Shown piece after piece: positions 59,639-64,000 of a DNA stretch of 64,000 nt; position 1 is the first letter of the stretch; every line of letters begins with the position of its first letter. The stretch comes from Armatimonadota bacterium (GTDB taxonomy: Bacteria; Armatimonadota; SYMT01). Position numbers and translations under genes: made by a program. The notes under the pieces were generated by a model. The model made no database searches. It worked only from the letters and a program-made list of their open reading frames with translations, and had not been told where the DNA came from. Where the stretch lies: assembly GCA_041690135.1 (NCBI GenBank), contig JAWLHY010000002.1, forward strand, positions 1,072,342 through 1,136,341. The letters run 5' to 3'.

Positions 59639-60754
59639 ATGAGTGGAGTGCGGGTACTGGTTGGGACGAAGAAAGGCGCCTTCGTCCTGACTTCCGATGA
59701 GCGGCGCCAGGACTGGGAGGTGAGCGGCCCCCATTTCGCCGGGTGGGAGATCTACCACCTGAAGGGATCACCCGTGGACCCCAACCGGATCTATGCCTCG
59801 CAGTCCAGCGGCTGGTTTGGGCAGATGATCCAGCGCTCGGACGACGGCGGTAAGACCTGGGAGCCGGTGGGGAACGAGTTCGCCTACGAGGGGTCCACCG
59901 GGACCCACCAGTGGTATGACGGCACCCAGCACCCCTGGGAGTTCAAGCGGATCTGGCACCTGGAGCCGTCGTTGCACGACCCGGACGTGGTTTACGCCGG
60001 GGCGGAAGACGCGGCGATCTTCCGGAGCATCGACGGCGGCAAGAACTGGAAGGAGCTCTCCGGCCTGCGCAACCACGACTCGGGCCCGCGCTGGCAGCCG
60101 GGGGCCGGCGGGATGGCGGTCCACACCATCCTGATCGATCCTACCAATCTGCAGCGGATCTTCGTGGCCATCTCGGCGGCGGGGGTGTTCCGGACGGACG
60201 ACGGCGGCGAGACGTGGCGCCCGATGAACCGGGGCCTGACCTCGAAGTACATCCCGGACCCGGACGCGGAAGTGGGCCACTGCGTGCACCGGATCGCGCT
60301 GCACCCGTCGCGGCCGGAAACGCTCTTCATGCAGATGCACTGGCACGTGAACCGCAGCGACGACGGCGCGGAGACTTGGCGTAAGGTGAGCGGGAACTTG
60401 CCGACGGATTTCGGCTTCCCGATCGATGTCCACGCCCACGAGCCGGAAACGATCTACGTGGTCCCGATCAAGAGCGACTCGGAACACTTCCCGATCGATG
60501 GCAAGCTCCAGGTCTACCGCAGCCGGACCGGCGGCAACGAGTGGGAAGCACTGACCAATGGCCTGCCGCAAAGCGACTGCTATGTGAACGTGCTGCGGGA
60601 CGCGATGGCGGTGGATCGCCTGGAGTCGTGCGGGATCTACTTCGGCACCACCGGCGGCCAGGTTTACGCCTCCGCCGACAGCGGCGACACCTGGACCCCG
60701 ATCGTCCGCGACCTCCCGGCCGTGCTGTCGGTCGAGGTGCAGACCCTACCATGA
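59639..60754 (+). CDS. Cytoplasmic BNR/Asp-box beta-propeller protein
   Basis: Multiple S/T-x-D-x-G-x-x-W boxes, LVGTKKG start, no signal peptide. Confidence 0.88.
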   Translation: MSGVRVLVGTKKGAFVLTSDERRQDWEVSGPHFAGWEIYHLKGSPVDPNRIYASQSSGWFGQMIQRSDDGGKTWEPVGNEFAYEGSTGTHQWYDGTQHPWEFKRIWHLEPSLHDPDVVYAGAEDAAIFRSIDGGKNWKELSGLRNHDSGPRWQPGAGGMAVHTILIDPTNLQRIFVAISAAGVFRTDDGGETWRPMNRGLTSKYIPDPDAEVGHCVHRIALHPSRPETLFMQMHWHVNRSDDGAETWRKVSGNLPTDFGFPIDVHAHEPETIYVVPIKSDSEHFPIDGKLQVYRSRTGGNEWEALTNGLPQSDCYVNVLRDAMAVDRLESCGIYFGTTGGQVYASADSGDTWTPIVRDLPAVLSVEVQTLP

Positions 60755-61047
60755 TCCGGGTGGAGTTACCGGCCCACCTCCGAAAGCTGGCGAAGGTGGA
60801 CGGCGAAGTGGAGCTGGAAGTGGCGGAGCCGGTGACCCTGGGAACGGTCCTCGACGCCCTCGAGGCTCGATATCCGGTGCTTCGGGGAACCATCCGCGAT
60901 CACGGCACGCTGCGGCGGCGGGCGTTCCTGCGGTACTTCGCCTGCGAGCAGGATCTCTCGCTGGAGGCGCCGGACACGCCGCTGCCGGAGGCCGTGGTCC
61001 GGGGCGAGGAACCGTTTATGGTTATCGGCGCGATTGCTGGCGGCTAG
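60751..61047 (+). CDS. MoaD/ThiS family ubiquitin-like protein
   Basis: ATGA overlap with the upstream stop; C-terminal AIAGG. Confidence 0.88.
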   Translation: MIRVELPAHLRKLAKVDGEVELEVAEPVTLGTVLDALEARYPVLRGTIRDHGTLRRRAFLRYFACEQDLSLEAPDTPLPEAVVRGEEPFMVIGAIAGG

Positions 61048-61074
61048 TCAACAAGAGAACAGGGAGTGTGAAGC

Positions 61075-61431
61075 GTGAAGTACATGTTGTTGATCTACGG
61101 AAACGAGCAGAAGTGGGACGAGGTAGGGCGTGAGCCCTGCTACCACGAGTCCGCGCAGCTCGCACGGGACCTGCAGGAAGCCGGGAAGTTTGTCTCCGCC
61201 AACCCTTTGCATCCGGTGACCACGGCCACCAGCGTGCGGGTGCGGGAGGGTAAGCGCCTGGTCACCGACGGACCCTTCGCCGAGACCCACGAGCAGTTGG
61301 GTGGCTACTTCTTGATCGACGCGCGCGACCTGGACGAAGCCATCGAGATTGCCGGGCGGATTCCGGGCGCCCGCGTGGGGACCGTGGAAATCCGCCCGGT
61401 GCTGGAAATTCCGGGCCTGCCGGAGCAGTAG
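61075..61431 (+). CDS. YciI/DGPF family protein
   Basis: MKYMLLIY, VTDGPFAETHEQLGGY, VEIRPV. Confidence 0.92.
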   Translation: MKYMLLIYGNEQKWDEVGREPCYHESAQLARDLQEAGKFVSANPLHPVTTATSVRVREGKRLVTDGPFAETHEQLGGYFLIDARDLDEAIEIAGRIPGARVGTVEIRPVLEIPGLPEQ

Positions 61432-61510
61432 TCGCCCCTACCCGAACGACAGAAAGAAACGAAGCAGACGGGTCGGGCGCGTCGCGATACTCGGCCGTGC
61501 GCACCAGGAG

Positions 61511-62005
61511 ATGAACATGTTCAGCGAACTTCAAGAACAGCACCAGTGGTTGCAGAAGCTCGTCGGCGAGTGGACTTACGAGTCCACGCCGGAAACCACC
61601 GGCGACGGGCCCGCCAAGACGTACACCGGCACGGAGAGCGTGCGGTCGATTGGCGTGTTGTGGGTGATCGCCGAGGGCCAGGGAGAGATGGGCTGCGGTG
61701 GCGGGGAGGCCACGACCGTCCTGACCGTGGGCTACGACCCTGAGAAGGGCCGGTTCGTCGGCACCTGGCTGGGCTCAATGATGACCCAGCTCTGGCTTTA
61801 CGACGGCGAGTTGAATGCCGAGGGCACCACGCTGACGCTGGAGTCCCAGGGACCCAGCATGGCGGGCGACAGGACCCTCGCCACCTACCGGGATGTGATC
61901 GAATTCGTCGATGACGACTACCGGATCTTCCATTCCACCGTCCAGGAAGCGGATGGCAACTGGATGACGTTCATGAAAACCCACTACCGCCGGAAGACGG
62001 CTTAA
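61511..62005 (+). CDS. DUF1579 family protein
   Basis: HQWLQKLVGEW, GYDPEKGRFVGTW.GSMM. Confidence 0.82.
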   Translation: MNMFSELQEQHQWLQKLVGEWTYESTPETTGDGPAKTYTGTESVRSIGVLWVIAEGQGEMGCGGGEATTVLTVGYDPEKGRFVGTWLGSMMTQLWLYDGELNAEGTTLTLESQGPSMAGDRTLATYRDVIEFVDDDYRIFHSTVQEADGNWMTFMKTHYRRKTA

Positions 62006-62020
62006 CAAGGAGACATTCCA

Positions 62021-62479
62021 ATGTCCGAAACGAGCACGAAACTGATCCCGCACCTGGTCTGTCGCGACGCGCTGGGCGCGCTGCAGTTCTACAAGGAGGC
62101 GCTGGGCGCCGAGGTTATGATGGTCATGAAGGGGCCTGACGAGAAGCTGATGCACGGCTGCATGAGCGTGGATGGTGCGACGGTCTTCCTCTGCGAAGAA
62201 AGTGACTTCTGCAACGCCAAGAGCCCGCTGGCACTGGGGGCGAGCCCAGTGACCCTGCACCTGCAGGTGGCGGACTGCGACGCCCTCTTTCAGCAAGCGG
62301 TGGCGGCCGGCTGCACCGCCGTAATGCCGCCGCAGGAGATGTTCTGGGGCGATCGCTACGGCGTGTTCTCCGATCCGTACGGGCACCAGTGGTCGGTAGC
62401 CACCACGGTGCGCCAGTTAAGCCCGGAAGAGGTGCAGGCCGCGGCGGCCAACGCGTTCTGTGGCGCTCCCGAAGCGTAA
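62021..62479 (+). CDS. VOC/PhnB-like glyoxalase family protein
   Basis: PHL...FYKEALGA, MFWGDRYG...DPYGHQW. Confidence 0.92.
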   Translation: MSETSTKLIPHLVCRDALGALQFYKEALGAEVMMVMKGPDEKLMHGCMSVDGATVFLCEESDFCNAKSPLALGASPVTLHLQVADCDALFQQAVAAGCTAVMPPQEMFWGDRYGVFSDPYGHQWSVATTVRQLSPEEVQAAAANAFCGAPEA

Positions 62480-62542
62480 TCAACCAGGAGCCGCGGTGCG
62501 GCATGCAGTCGCACCGCGGCACCCTATCCCAGTCGAAGTACC

Positions 62543-62812
62543 ATGTGTCGAAACATTCGCCCCCTGTTCAATTTCGCGCCGCCGACGACGGAAGAAGAGA
62601 TCCGTGCGGCCGCGCTCCAGTACGTGAGGAAGATCAGCGGCTACAACCGCCCCTCGCAGGCAAACGAGGCCGCTTTCCGTCACGCGGTCCACGAGATTGC
62701 CCGGATCTCCACCGAGCTCCTGGACTCTCTGGAGACCTCGGCTCCACCCAGGGACCGGGAGGTGGAGGCAGCGCGGGCGAAAGCCCGTTCTGCCCGGAGG
62801 TTTGGAGGGTGA
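62543..62812 (+). CDS. DUF2277 family protein
   Basis: MCRNIRPLFNFAPP...AALQYVRKISG. Confidence 0.88.
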   Translation: MCRNIRPLFNFAPPTTEEEIRAAALQYVRKISGYNRPSQANEAAFRHAVHEIARISTELLDSLETSAPPRDREVEAARAKARSARRFGG

Positions 62813-62843
62813 GGGGTGTGGGGGTGTGGAGAGTCGAGTAGTC

Positions 62844-63200
62844 ATGAAGTACCTGTGCCTGGTGTACATACCGGAAGAAGACCTGACGAGGGTCGTGGGA
62901 GAGGCGGGGACCGCCTGCCCCTGCGAAGGCGAGGCATGGGTCGAGGAGTTGGAACAGCGGGGGCAGCATGTGCTCACGCTGAGCCTGGAGCCGGTGCGGA
63001 CCGCCGGCACGGTGCGGATTCGCAACGGTAGTGTCTCCGCCGAAGAGCAACCCGAACCCGCGCAACGCGAGGTCCTGGGCGGCTTCTCCGTCATCAATGC
63101 CCGTGACCTGAATGAGGCGATCTTTCTGGCCTCTCAACTTCCGGCCGCCCGCGCAGGTTGCGTGGAGATTCGGCCGGTTCTCAACTTGCGGCCGGCGTGA
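62844..63200 (+). CDS. Divergent YciI/DGPF family protein
   Basis: MKYLCLVY...EVLGGF...VEIRPV; the DGPF motif itself is replaced. Confidence 0.8.
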   Translation: MKYLCLVYIPEEDLTRVVGEAGTACPCEGEAWVEELEQRGQHVLTLSLEPVRTAGTVRIRNGSVSAEEQPEPAQREVLGGFSVINARDLNEAIFLASQLPAARAGCVEIRPVLNLRPA

Positions 63201-63514
63201 ACAGATCCGGCGCCAGCCTCACCATTGGTAGTTAGCCGCTGCCTTCGGGTCTCGGAAATGGGTGGGCGGCAATGATCATCGCCGCGCTACCGGGGTTGTA
63301 CGAGCTACAACCGCCATGGCCTTGGAACCAGACTGCTTCCGCGCGTCCGACGACGTTCCCAGCCAGATGCCTACACTTTAACCAACGGCGCGCCTCTCCG
63401 GGCGCCGGTTGACCCCCAGAAAGTATTCTGCTGCCGCAAGCAAAAACCTGTCCCAACGGTGTCCATAAGGTGAGAACGGGCGCGGTGGAGCACCGGTGCG
63501 CGTGGGGATCACCG

Positions 63515-64000
63515 ATGGAGCGAGGCATAGGGTTGGCGGTGGCGCCCGAATTAAGACAGGTAGTTGCAGATCCGGACCGCGCGCTGATACGGGAAGCCCT
63601 TGCGGGAGACGAAGCGGCCTTCGAAACCCTGATGGCTCGTCACTGGCGGTCCATGACCGGCGTCGCGATGCAACTTCTGGCACGCCCCGATGATGCGGAG
63701 GATGCGGTTCAGGAAGCTTTCCTCCAGGCCTTCACTCACCTTCACGGTTACCGTGGGGATGCGAGCGTCAAGACCTGGCTGCTGCGGATTGTGATCAATG
63801 TGTGCCGCAACAAGCAGCGTCAGTGGTGGCGACGCCCCTGGATTCTCGTGGAAGATTCCCGCCAACTCCAATGTGAGGTGGAACCGTCGGTGGGCCAGGG
63901 GGACGAGTATCTCCAGCAGCAAGCGGTGCTGGAGGCGGTGCGGCGATTACCCGAGAAGCTGCGCCTGCCCTTTGTGCTGCACTTTTTGGAAGACCTTACC
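63515..64000 (+). CDS. ECF sigma factor, truncated by the window end (absent from the ORF track)
   Basis: Open frame: GDEAAFETLM...DAEDAVQEAF...VKTWLLRIVIN...RLPEKLRLPFVL; start uncertain. Confidence 0.88.
   Translation, partial: MERGIGLAVAPELRQVVADPDRALIREALAGDEAAFETLMARHWRSMTGVAMQLLARPDDAEDAVQEAFLQAFTHLHGYRGDASVKTWLLRIVINVCRNKQRQWWRRPWILVEDSRQLQCEVEPSVGQGDEYLQQQAVLEAVRRLPEKLRLPFVLHFLEDLT

Overview
GC-rich bacterial window with about 60 CDS; no rRNA, tRNA, CRISPR array or transposase was recognised. The gene content suggests Armatimonadota or a similar lineage (inference): four DUF1559/H-X9-DG prepilins, DUF1501, PD40, BNR and VIT-vWA proteins, plus hfq. The main signal is a B12 region at about 13.5-22.7 kb. 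A sigma70 promoter and a cobalamin riboswitch head an operon whose first gene is a type IV prepilin-like DUF1559 protein, in the slot where diderms normally carry btuB. It is followed by btuF-btuC-btuD and a signal-less BtuF-like protein with an N-terminal Cys-rich DUF5522-like module. cobQ and two further prepilins lie next to it, and a GspE/GspF-type motor pair is at the window start. The hypothesis is pilin-mediated corrinoid capture. Other points: a SelW/Rdx selenoprotein (CxxU plus SECIS-like hairpin) truncated in the ORF track; an AbiEi/AbiEii type IV toxin-antitoxin pair with an operator-like inverted repeat; a GH44 enzyme with five Trp-rich repeats; an ECF42-type promoter ahead of a DGPF/YciI operon; 11-bp-period OmpR/PhoB-like boxes; and a family of short intergenic repeats that has also entered coding sequence. 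All family calls come from motif recognition, not database searches.
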